Below are positions 45,107-58,000 of a stretch of DNA of 64,000 nt, piece by piece. The DNA is taken from positions 62,001 through 126,000 of the forward strand of contig NMRA01000292.1 in the NCBI GenBank assembly GCA_002633005.1, given 5' to 3'. The translations under genes were made by a program, and so were the position numbers. This DNA is from Phoronis australis. Its lineage: Eukaryota; Animalia; Phoronida. Each line of letters starts with the position of its first letter. Positions within the stretch are counted from its first letter, which is position 1. The notes beneath the pieces were generated by a model that did no database searches, was not told where the DNA came from, and worked only from the letters and a program-made list of their open reading frames with translations.

Positions 45107-48100
45107 ATGTCCACCATTTTGTCGGCTGCTACTCATCCAGTCAAGGTCTTTGCACTTTCTACGAAATTTATTATACTATCTTCCTGTGCAATGGTATGCA
45201 CATTCATGACTATATGCAAACTAATCGCAGTGATAACTTTTTCATGTTCACCTATGGCCCATACTGACGAAAATACGGCACGTTTGGCATCAAATTACGT
45301 GGAAAGCGGTGTTATTCTCGGTGTTGTGAAGCCCGGAGATTTCGGATTATTTCATCTCTCACTGCGCTTTCTTGGACATCACCCCAACAGCACAGTGGGA
45401 AGCTATCCAAAAGTTTTTACTGGCATCAATTCGTCACTGATTTTCACCTGCAATTCTTCTGATTCATTTGATGCGACGACATTTTGGATGTTTAATGGTC
45501 TCACAAGTGGAAATCGGTCAACAGTTCGGATACCATTCTGTAGTGGGAGCGGCTTCGTGACAAAAAGAATGAATCGAAACAAAGAGTGGTAAGATTGGAG
45601 GGTTCTCTATCTTTCATGTGCGACGTAGCACTGAAAAAAGTGGGGGACTATATAGCCCCCCCCCCCCCNACCTACTTGTTTATGGTCCATAGCGTTTGCG
45701 CGCGAAACCTACTTCTTTTTGTAATGCTTATTACACTTTTTATATTTTGTGCAATCAGTTCGTAACAAATTTGTTGTATTTAAAATACTTTTCAATTGCC
45801 CAAAAGACCAAATCCGTTTTTTGTGTTGGCATTAATGACGCGATTGTTTTGGAAATCGTCCTAAGTTAAGGTTTGACAAAGAGAGAATTATGAGTTTCTG
45901 AATGATTCACTAAGGCTTCGATTAAAATTCACATCTTACCGGCAGCTTCTGTTTTTTCATCGTCACTCAGATTCCATTTTCTTAAAAAAATGAAGTAATT
46001 TTCTTTTGCACAGTGGAGCAGACGACGGAAACGGAGTCGTAGTCCGCAGCGTCACTACCGGTCGCCTGGGATATCGCGGGAGAGCCTATACTTAGCCATG
46101 GTTCCGTTACGATTGAGCCGTGTTCCGAATTTGACACTTGAAATTGGATCTGAGCCCCCCCCCCCCNTTCCCTACTTTATTGCTGTTTTATTTTTTGCGG
46201 CAACCGGGGGGGCCCTGCCCCCCCTAAATCCGCCTATGAAATACTGTATAGACCTGCCGCCCATGCGCCTATTTTCGGAGCCACATGTGAGAGTCTAACA
46301 AAAAAGGCGAGAAACAGGACAGCAGGACCATTTATGTCGATGCTGGCATATGGTCGTATAGTAGGCCTACAGGACCGGTTTCCCAAAATCCGTTCGGAGT
46401 TACAGTATTTGGGGCCCTAGAAAGGTTAAAAAACCCGGCGTATACCAAACATGCGTCCTGGAGCCTACTATCAGAAACTCTCGGTACCCGGCCAGACGTA
46501 CAAGTAAATCGACAGATTTGGTACCGAAAAATAATAGCCAAGGAATTTAAAAAGACTGGAAGATCTGTCTCACCCGAACTCAATGTGTTCTTAAAACAAT
46601 ACAAAAATAAAGTATTATAGTTTCATCGCTTGCATGGCTGTTGCCTTTTGGTTTGACCTAACAGTTCAAAAGGTAATAATCAAGTAAACTACCTGAAAGT
46701 GCTGATAACTGTTATAACGTGAGATTCGAATTCTAGGTGTATGGAAGGGATAACAGACAACAATACTCGTGTAATTTCTAGTAACGTCCAGCGCTCTCAG
46801 GAAGGAATTCTGAAATGCGTGCTGGCTACTGCTGATAAAAGTCAAGTGCTGGCGGAAGCTCGTGTGGACGTAAATGTTATAGGTAAAACGTGTTTTGTTA
46901 TTTATAATCAGTGGCAAAAACTCAGTGACTAAGGGGCATAACTTTAGTTAGCTAGGTAGCAAACATGATTTTCTGAGATTTAAAGATGCATTTTGCCCTG
47001 TTTAGCTAACTAAAAACGAAAATTGAATCAGGACTTTTAGTTTCATGGTTTGCCCCATACTGTGATATTATTCTGTTTCCGTACCAACAAGAACATCGAA
47101 GCCATTAGCGACTCAAGAAAACGCTTGAAGCTTATTGGAGTTGACCGGCAACAATAAAATTGCGCATGTCGCATGTACGCCTTGCCTGTGACTGGAGTTG
47201 ACAACGGAAACAGGTCTGCAGTCATATCCCATTAAGGAATATTTGAGACCATTTTCGATTTTTGTTTTTAACAGTGCGAAATGTTGTTATAAATTTAGAA
47301 TTAGAAAAGAATTTTGGCCGCCATAGATCGTTTTTTCAGCTATTGCTCTATATATTTTTTTCTTGATAATAGACAAGGCCTATAACCACAATGCGTTTTA
47401 AAAAATCTTTTTGCTATATACCGCCAGGTCCAAACCGGGCTAAACAGTTTATGAAACAATTATTTCACTATAGGTTCATTTATTCTTATTTTATCATTTG
47501 GAATCAAAAAAAATATATCTGGAGAATCAAGAAAATTAAGTTATCGGATATTTTACATTTACTGTAACTCGCGTAAAAAACATAGTTTAGATCCAACAAC
47601 TGACTGATTTTAATTCTGTAAATACAAACCAATAATATTTTTTGGCAGATTACCACAAACAGTAGTGTCCTTGCTGGTAATTCATTGCGAATTCGTTTTA
47701 ACTGAACTGCTGGTAAGTGAACATGACGCAAAATTAACGATTGCGAGGGATTTCATTGATTTTGCACTAGTCTCACTTTACAAAATGAAACACACATTTC
47801 AGCTCAGCGTATTCTCTGAATAAAACTTTGCTCCTGATGATTATGTGATGTTCAATTCGTAGATAAATGACATCAAGGCAAAAATATTACGTATGTTTGA
47901 CATATGTATCGATAGACTGTAGGGCTCTACTAATTCTTACATGTTGCACAGATCCCATTGAAATAATCAACACCATGCCAAAGACTATACTTGTTCCCGT
48001 CGGAGGAGTCATCAACGTATCCTGTGGCATGACCACGTGCCCATTCACTACATTCACCTGGTCAAGGTCCTTCCACAAGTGCGTATACTGTCTGCTATTA

Positions 48101-51100
48101 CTTAGCAACATTCCTTATTGTCTTCATGGGGGTGAAGAAGGACAGACCAGTGTCCCATTAACGCGGATCTGGGTGGCGCAACAGTCCGGCCCATCGGTTT
48201 TTGACCTTATGTAGTGTTACAATCCTTTGTCAGACACCACATTTGACTTTAATTCTGGATCCAAGCCTGTATCACTGTCAACGTTCTAAGAAGCCCCAGC
48301 TGTTCACGGCAGGGCTATTGATATTTTATTTTACATTCATTATGCTTTGAGGAATTTCGTTTCTAATCCTGTCTTACTGTTGTGTATATTTGAATTTTTG
48401 TTTCTCATACTTACACTTCGGAAACGTGATCCCATCCCAACTGATAGACTTCGCTTCAGTTTCATGAAAACTTTTATTCACACGCGAAATTAAAACGGGA
48501 TCACCATCGCGTATAGCACCCACCTATACTGACTGATTTTGGAATTATTTTCAGTCTGAACTCTGTGGACTGGCAAGTGATAGGAATACTGTTCAACTAT
48601 CTCGAAGACGGAGCTAGTTGGCGTAACCAAGGGTGGTATCGATGTGTAGGAACCAATCCCATTGGATCACTGGCGCAAACGACGCGTGTATTGGTCCTGG
48701 GTAAGTATCGGTCAGAATTATGACACTGGTAGGCCTAATATAATATTATTTACCTACAGAATATTAATGTGGACACTAGAGTGTTCGACGTTGCATGGAA
48801 AATTATTATATTTTATTTTCCAGCAACGATGTTCGTTTTCCTTTTGGAGTGTCACTGTTTTAGACTTGTTACTGGATATGCAGACGTTTTGTTTCTGTAA
48901 TTAGTGCACCTAGTGTTGTTTTGTTGCTGTTGTTAGTGTAGCTAGTGCTGTTTTGTTTCTGTTGTTAGTGCACCTAGTGTTGTATTGTTTCTGTCGTTAG
49001 TGCACCTAGTGTTGTTTTGTTTCTGTCGTTAGTGCACCTAGTGTTGTTTTGTTTATGTCATTAGTGCATGCACCTAGTGTTGTTTTTCTTGTCCTTCTTT
49101 GCTGATACTAAATGTTTCAGCAGTCACTCATTCCATAACCCGTGTCGTCATTTCTTAGACATGATATGAAACTTCATTGTAAACACATTGTTTAAAATAC
49201 ATATAAATACGCCGTAGAAACAGTTGATGAATTAAAACTATGCTAAACTGAAAATGTAAAATGGGAACAAGTCTAACTATATAAACCATATAACTACGCA
49301 TTGCATTTAAATAATGTATTATAGTTGCACCAAAAAGCCCGGTATGAACATATCTGGTGCGAAGGGAAGTCGAATTAGCCTTCTGGTCACAATCATAACT
49401 CTCCCGGGCAATGAGAATCACGGCCGCAGCTTTTGCGCTTGGTTTTGTACATGGCGCTAACGTATTTCAGGACCTCCCGACTCTGTTCATATGGGTCACA
49501 TAAAATCACTGAGGAGAGCAGAGGTTCATATTCACTGGTATCAGCCCCAGGAAAACAATGGAAAGGTGTTGAGTTACACATTACAACTCTACTTTGTGCA
49601 CACACACTCGTTTGAAATGATGGAAAATATAACATTGAATGCAGCTAAGGTAAGATAAATGGTATATATTTGGTTGTTGATTCTACTTCTGTGGACTGAG
49701 GTAAATGAATAAACACTTATCACGCTAATAATGAGCATTTTCATATTTCCGCGCGCCGGTGTTTGAATACATACAGTGTATCATGAGGACTTCGGAATTT
49801 GATGTGAGCAAAATAATAAAAACTGATAAAAGTAAAATGAACGTACCCCAAGCGAATTGTTGGTGTGAGAGCCCCAACTGAGTTGGAATCGTGGTCCGTT
49901 GAATAGTGCAAGAATTTTGGATACGTTGTACTTTTCACACCCGACGTGTACGTTTATCTGGTGGGGCGCATTTTACTCTTCCTGCAGTGACATTAAGACA
50001 TTCAGAAATCTGCCAATATTCGTACTCCCCTCTCTTAATTTAGAGGATGTATACTTTCGGAAACTTAAACAGTACTGGCACATACCAAGTGCGCATGTAT
50101 GCTACAAACAAGTTCGGGGACGGGCCAGTCGCCTTCCAGTACTTCACGGGCTACACCACTTCAACATACGGAGCCGACAGCAACGAATCGTTCGCACTCA
50201 AGTCAAATCAGAGTAAGCTTAAAAATTTTGGAGTGGTACTCATGTAACAATGGCACTGTAATCACTTAAGCTTTATATGTTTAGTGTTCATATTATTGTA
50301 CAACGCTCGGGGTTACCTTCGGACCGCTACATAGCACTTATGTCTGTTCATGCATTGTCCACTGATTCCTCCATTTGGTCTTGATCCTGAATCCACGCCC
50401 TGATTTTTGTATGATTAGCGGGAGGCTTTTATAAAACGATGAGGGATCCAACTTGTTGGTATTTTGAACTGTGGTAAACGCCATACGCCATCGCATGCAA
50501 CTACGTGCAGTACACAACAGCTTTGCGAATGAGTATTTGACATAGGCCTAATTCCACGTGATGCAAAATATTCGAATATTTTTACGGCTGAAAATACAAA
50601 GTTTTTCACACTGTCGTCTAATAGCACCAAATTTTCGTCCCAACGGGAGCGGCATAATTTTACACCACATGACGACTTTGTGCTGCTCGTCAATATATCC
50701 CTGTATGTTTCAGGCCATGTCAACACTAGTACCAAAGTGTTGCACACACTTTCCCAGATTCCTCCCGTAGTTTTTGTGGTGGGCGCCTCTGTGGTCGCGG
50801 CACTGATAGTGATACCGATGGTGACATGGTACTGCCTGACAAGGAATCGATATGTGCCCGGGCAGCCAGCTGAAGCGGTCACGTCTTTCAGAGGTAGGCC
50901 TAATCATTCTTTCGTCATACATTTTAACGTTCACAATTTACAATGTCTATAACTACTTATGCATCCATTGTTAACATATGTAATGTGTGGGCAGAAAAGA
51001 AAAGAGACATGAAATGTATAAAACATCATAGAGTTGGCATCAATGCAGTAACATAACTGCTACGTTTCCCTCGCATGCTTCTACTAGTAAGTCTCCCTTA

Positions 51101-51357
51101 TTTTACAGCACGGTTGTTTTATTTTTGCTGCATTACCTCTTCATGAATATGGTGAGATGCAGGTAAAATATCTTACACAACACATTTAATACATTCCAGA
51201 GAGAGTCTGGCGACTAGTCAGTGGAGAACAGAACCATTTAAATTTCGCAAATCCACTGTACGAGCTAAGAGCCGATGACTCGATGGTTGAAGTGAACGAC
51301 GCCAGCACCAACACAGAGGAAGGCATGTACCCACTCACAGAGACGACACAGTTGTAG
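45107..51357 (+). CDS. Type I membrane Ig-superfamily protein: 2 Ig + FN3 + TM + short tail with NPxY and PDZ-binding motif
   Basis: Exons 45107(start uncertain)-45588, 46737-46882 (NVQRSQEGILKC), 47952-48078 (VGGVINVSC...FTW), 48555-48700 (NQGWYRCVGTNPIGS), 49471-49649 (WYQPQENNGKVLSY), 50044-50212 (NLNSTGTYQVRMYATNKFGDGP), 50714-50893 (TM VVFVVGASVVAALIVIPMVTWYCL), 51200-51357 (NFANPLY...ETTQL*). All junction phases match. Confidence 0.8.
48901..49085. repeat. Intronic minisatellite, about 31-32-bp unit
   Basis: About 6 copies of TTAGTGCACCTAGTGTTGTTTTGTTTCTGTCG. Confidence 0.85.
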
Positions 51358-51395
51358 TCGAGGACAATCACTTATTCATGGTCCTTCGTGCGGAA

Positions 51396-51751
51396 NNNNN
51401 NNNNNNNNNNNNNNNNNNNNNNNNNNNNNNNNNNNNNNNNNNNNNNNNNNNNNNNNNNNNNNNNNNNNNNNNNNNNNNNNNNNNNNNNNNNNNNNNNNNN
51501 NNNNNNNNNNNNNNNNNNNNNNNNNNNNNNNNNNNNNNNNNNNNNNNNNNNNNNNNNNNNNNNNNNNNNNNNNNNNNNNNNNNNNNNNNNNNNNNNNNNN
51601 NNNNNNNNNNNNNNNNNNNNNNNNNNNNNNNNNNNNNNNNNNNNNNNNNNNNNNNNNNNNNNNNNNNNNNNNNNNNNNNNNNNNNNNNNNNNNNNNNNNN
51701 NNNNNNNNNNNNNNNNNNNNNNNNNNNNNNNNNNNNNNNNNNNNNNNNNNN
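51396..51751. other. Assembly gap flanked by a 418-bp duplication (50978-51395 = 51752-52169)
   Basis: Run of N; the flanks differ by about 5 substitutions and both contain the terminal exon of the Ig/FN3 gene (second copy 51974-52131). Confidence 0.95.
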
Positions 51752-54700
51752 ATGTAATGTGTGGGCAGAAAAGAAAAGAGACATGAAATGTATAAAACAT
51801 CATAGAGTTGGTATCAATGCAGTAACATAACTGCTCCGTTTCCCTCGCATGCTTCTACTAGTAAGTCTCCCTTATTTTACAGCACGGTTGTTTTATTTTT
51901 GCTGCATTACCTCTTCATGGATATGGTGAGATGCAGGTAAAATATCTTACACAACACATTTAACACATTCCAGAGAGAGTCTGGCGACTAGTCAGTGGAG
52001 AACAGAACCATTTAAATTTCGCAAATCCACTGTACGAGCTAAGAGCCGATGACTCGATGGTTGAAGTGAACGACGCCAGCACCAACACAGAGGAAGACAT
52101 GTACCCACTCACAGAGACGACACAGTTGTAGTCGAGGACAATCACTTATTCATGGTCCTTCGTGCGGAACTGCAGTCGTATATAGTGGCGGATGTGGCTA
52201 AATAATGGTCATTAACGGCGCGCATCCGGAGAGGCCCGGTCGAAACCCCTCAGCGACGATATGGCGTAATTTTATCCCTCGCCCGTTAAGTGCACACAGT
52301 TGTTGGACTTATTCATTGCCTGCTGTTGTGTGCAAAATAACAATCTTCGATTGTGAGTGAATTTCTCAGGCTTCCGCCAGGTCTGTCCCTGCATTAATTT
52401 TACTTGAAGGTCACGCATTTCCAGGAAACTTGGTACATGGCGTTCTATAATTCTCTTTGTTTTCTCTTAATCCCACTGTGAACATGATCCTGGACCCGCA
52501 CTTGGCGGTACATCTTCAGTTAATATTCACTGAAAGCTGCAGACGCTCAAGTAAATGACCAACTTTCCGAACAGCTTGTTGCCAATAAATGTACATAATG
52601 CATATTTTTGGACAGTGGTTGTATCAAGAATATGGTGCATCTTTGAAGAACTGCATACAAGTATACTATGCCCTATTTCCAACGAAATCGAAATTCATTA
52701 ACCCCTTGCTCGTATAAATTGGCAGTTCGTTCAAGATAGATGTTCACTGGTATCTGTGATAAACTGAACTTGTGGCAGCTGTTTGAAAACACTTACTATA
52801 ATGATTATGAATTCATATTTTCAGATTAAACATCTATTAAATATGCTATTCCAGGTGAGGGCAATCCTTCAATACTTTGTGTTTATAACCAATCTCCCTC
52901 TCCATCTGCATGGCGATCCTAAACATGGGAGTTCAATGTTGAAGGGAGTTGCCTTTAGTTGTACTCTTTTGTGATACTACTTCAAAGTTTTGATGTCTGT
53001 CCAATAAACAATTTAATGATCCACGTAGGTTTTTCCAGACAACACTTTTTTCGCAGGAGGTGATATGAGGGCTGGGTTCCCAAGACACAAGGATCTTGCC
53101 AGAAAGCAAGATCTCACAAGACCAAGCAAAAACATGCGAGTGAAAGGAGAGTGTTTTGCAAGTATGTTAGGGAGCTTACTATCATACCCTAGCAAAATGG
53201 CAGCCATTGAAGGGATTGGTCGGTGAGGCTGGAATGTTGAATTATGGGATACAATTCACCATTTCCATTACATGAGCAAAGGTTTCTAGCCACAAGTACT
53301 TCGCTGATGTCTTGGACCTATGGAACATACACAAAACATTTACCATCAAAGAAAATAACAAGAAATGCAGATTTCCAGGTTTTATAAATTCATAACTGTA
53401 TTTACAAATAGGACAGTGTGGACCCTACGAAATAAAACACTAGAGATACAGAAGAGCATTGCTAAGCACCAAGCACAGTTAAACTACAGCTACAAGACAG
53501 ACTTTCGATAAACTCGGATGATGGTCAGTGGTCAGTTGTTCTAGACTGTGCACTTGGCTCTTCAGATAAGTCGGATTTCACCTTAGATGGATAAAATCTG
53601 GGTCTGGTTGGCTCCAACATATCCTCACAATTCAGTTTGCAACATTCAGTCTGGATCATGGTAAAAACGAGTGTGACAGTTAAAACTCTACAATCTAACA
53701 AGTTCAATACAGTAACAAATGAAAGAATCTCCAATCAACAGTAGTCAAAATCTACGTACAAATTCTTAAAAGGATACTAAACGCTGTTTTGTCAATTTCA
53801 AACAATCCTCACCATATCTCCTGCTAATGCATCATTGGTGTCTCACTTGTGGACTTGATTGATAAAAGCAGGATTCAACAAAAAACAGTGTCCCAGAATG
53901 GAATTATGGTTCTTGGTAGATGGTCTTTACCTACAACTGTCCTGTAATTCCCTTAAGCAAAGGTCATACTTCACTATTAAGCACACTTTGGAAGGAGTTC
54001 TTAAAAATTGCTCCAAACTTTTGAGGCTTGACGAAGGTTAAAGGGCATTATTTTGTTTCAGAGATATGGATGGAAAAACCAATATTTGTTAAAAGGCCAA
54101 AATCGGGCTAAGTATACTTTAACTCACAATTTTACAATGAGCCTGAGATTTCACTTTGCTATTTTGATAACTTTGCCAATGTCTAATAATCCATAACAAG
54201 TCATGAGCATAGCAACAGTTTGCAAAAATAAAATAAAATCAAACACTTAAAAACTAGAATTAGGTCCAACCTTAGTAAAACTAACAAACCACAAAGGAAG
54301 GTTCACTCATATCTCTAGACAAGGAACGTGTAACATGGACATAAACTACGATTTCCAAAATTGGATGACTGATAATTATGGTTCATACATGTATACTATT
54401 TACAAATGTTCTAATAAAAGTGACCAGTCAGCCTATTTAAGATACAACACTGCTCTCAAATACGCCATAAAACCTCACAAATTTGAAGACCGAAGAAAAT
54501 CAATATTTTCACCAGCAGTAGTTTAAATTTTTTTCTCACAGACTACAGAGACAATGAAACTTCAATTTCACAACATTAAATTTCTCTGAACACAAAAGTG
54601 ATAAAAATACTTGTACGAGCTTGACCCAAGAATAACCCGATGCAACTTCTAAATTCACAGAGTGTGCCAGAGATAAAAAATAGAGACCTGAGCAAGGGAT

Positions 54701-55041
54701 GGATAAACATCACTTTTTGCACTTCAAGAGTCATGGAATAAAAATAAATCATCTTTTGACATTTTGAACCCCGTCTTCAAAAATCATCATTTTGGTATAT
54801 GTCTTGGGATGGAACACTTTCAAATAAAAACACCAAGGACCAAATAGAGTTCACCGACTGACTCCTGAAAAAACAGGAGCATCAGTTACAGAGCTCAAAA
54901 CTTGAATCAGATGCACATCTCTTGTCAAACATACATTCTTCTGTCCACCTGAAAGGTCTTGTTGGATGATGATTAAATTAACAATAGACAGACGTTGCGG
55001 CATGGATGAGATGACCACAGAGTTCACAGTTGATTACATAT

Positions 55042-58000
55042 TCATAACTTGAGCCACGGATGAGATTCTATTGAGCTTTTACTTCTGTCGCCGTAGTCAT
55101 AAAGAAGCTCATCACCAGATGCAATGTCTTTTGCAGCAACAAGGATAAGATAAGGCCTGTCATCAACACCTACTAGCTTTGTTGTGCAGTTTCCCTTTGT
55201 GCTGTGATTCAATAGACGACCCAGCTTACCACTTTCAGCAGTAGCGTCAATACTGCAAGTGAAAAAATTTATGGTTAAAATCTACCACTCAAAATTCCAG
55301 TTTACCTATCTTTCGGAATTTTGGATTTAAAAATGCTTATAAAAGTAACTTTTAATAAAAATCACTCAACACAATAAAACAAGTCTCAACTTGCGATTCA
55401 TTTGATGTGCTAAATGAAACATGGCTGCTAGGATCATGGGACTTACAAATTGATGCACTGGGACAAAAACTAACACATTTTTCAAGTCAAAGCCTGATTT
55501 TGTTAATAAAAACTAAAGACTTAGGTTGAACTTCAAACAGCACAAGATTGACATTGATTTTATGCATGTTATTAATCTTGAAAATGAAATTAAGACACAA
55601 CACTAGCTATTAAATCAGAGACATACATTCAGAGAACTGTAAATCATACCAATAGTTTTTGTTCCTGAAATTGAAATAGTACATGTAGCACCCGATGTCT
55701 GAGTCTTGACTGTATTGGAGCTCACGTTCCTTTGCCTCAGTCACACTAATGAGATCTCCAGCGTACTCCACCACAAAATCCCCTCTACCAAATGGCTTAC
55801 TGGCCACGACCCCGCGTCCTTTGCCCTCAATATCCACGACCTGAATCAAAATGAAAAAAATGTATGTTGTTTCACTTTGCTGAAAAATAATATAATGGTA
55901 ATGATTATTGAAAAGAAGAGGTTGACAATTCATGTCTTGATACAAATTCTGCGCCATTTAAAACGCAGAATTACACAAATAATTTGCTTTTGAGCAAAAT
56001 CTAAAATGTGTAGGGCTTGCTGACCAATCAGTCAGCGAAGAATTTGCTATGATTTATAACAATAATACTTAAAATAATTCACACTATAAACAGCAAACGA
56101 ATTCATTACCTTTAATCCCTCTTCACAGCCAGACAATATGGCTTCACGCAATTCCGTCTCTTTATCCTTCTGCAACAGACAACACAACACTTTAGAACAT
56201 TAGGCAAATATAGCATAACTGGTTCTGGTCTGCACCTGATTCCCTTTGAAACCTGCACCTCACTGTTTCAATAAAACAAAAGCAACACAGAGCATTGAAA
56301 TGTGCCTAACCTGTGATTACTATTTCAAACATTCCCAAAAAAGGGACCAACGCTATTAGACTTAAAATACACTCTAGGGAGTGAATAACAAATCAACAAT
56401 GCTCTCACAAATAGGAGCACACCTGCTAAGATCATAAAAAATAGAACCAGAACTTAGGGGGCATAGCTGTATTTGGATACACCCAAAAGCCATTGTCATC
56501 CATTGTCACATTCATAGAAATACACTTGCCAAATTCCAAAGATCCAGCAGAGGTTTAAGGGAAACAGTTGTGGATGTGGAAAAACAAACTGCCATCAGGG
56601 AGCACCAAAAAAGTTGAAATTGTCAATGAAAGTTATGCTCTTCCCAGCAGGAACTCATACACCATTTTTAATGATTCTTCGAGTGATTTGGCCCATAAAG
56701 AAATATACACTAAACTAAAATACATACAAATAATAAAATGGCGATTAGAAGGCATACATTACGTCAAAGCCAACAGAAAAATTCTCCATTAATGGAGACC
56801 TATTTGCCAATTAAAATTCATCAAGGAACTCCAATGATAGAGTGAAACGAGAAAAAATAAGGGCCACAGCGATAGTTGGATCCATCCAAAAGTCGTCATC
56901 ATCCGTTTACACCTTCCTACAAATACACTTGCTCAATGTAATAAATATCCAATAGAGCGTTTAAGAGGTAAAGCCACGAACCAAAAAAATGCCACTAGGA
57001 GGTACCACTGTAGTCGGAGCCATCAACAATCATCGCAGCCAGTAGGGACATTTCATTTTTATTTGCCTGATAGATGAGCAGATTAAAAAACAGTAAAAAT
57101 GATCACTAGGGGGTGCAAAATACATCAAATTCATCCTAAAACCTGAAGGTGGCGTAATCTCACTAATAGATACCTAACTACCAAATTTTACCAAAGGGAA
57201 CTTCACACATACAGAGGTAAATGAAGAAAAGTAAAATTGCCACTAGAATGCACAGCGTAGTTGAATCCCTTCAAAAATTCACACATGCAACCCCATCCAT
57301 GACAGGAAATCTAATCGGTGGACTTCATTCAGCCCAGTGCATTATGTATTTAGGAACACTAACTCAACATATTAAAGAAGCCAAAGCAAAGAGTTGGACA
57401 ACAAAACATGAACCAAAACAATAGTTTTCAAAGATACTGCTGCAAGGGGCTTTAATTACAAATTTTCCCACTATTTTGTTAAATTGTAGCACTTTTGGAA
57501 CTTGGGAAACATTTACTGAACTGTAAAAAAAAAAAATTGCAGACTTTCTGGTACATGTTGTACCAGACATGCGCAGGCCGCGCATGTGGGTCCATTGTAC
57601 TGATCACCGGGAACCATTTTTATGCTTTTACTAAATTATGTAGTTAAAACCAAGCTGAGGAGCTAGAAACCTGACTCAAGGGTCTAGCAGTGTGGCCCAG
57701 TGGGATTCGAACCCACGACCTTGAGTAAAGAAGGCGGGCACCTATCACAATGGGCGACACTGCCTCCTCTTTATTGAACTGAAATCTATCTGAAATATAT
57801 CACAACTAAGTTGCGAACAGATAAAAATAAAGCAACAACACTTCATTTCAAACATCTTAATGTCTAAGTGAATGTTCCTACTTCGAGTACAGAAAAAGCC
57901 TTCAACAGAATCATTAATGAATTTCTAAGACAGTATGGGACAGGTTACCTTAACTTCATTCCTTGTTCGTCTAACACTGCGCCGTACTGGAAAGTAATCT

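Noticed and set aside
48901-49085. CRISPR-like array
   Set aside because: Head-to-tail minisatellite without unique spacers, in a eukaryotic intron.
51368-51830. ORFs of 130-150 aa in the ORF track
   Set aside because: They consist almost entirely of gap N residues.
50978-52169. Apparent duplicated terminal exon of the Ig/FN3 gene
   Set aside because: The copies flank an N gap exactly and differ by about 5 SNPs (one changes G to D); most likely alleles.
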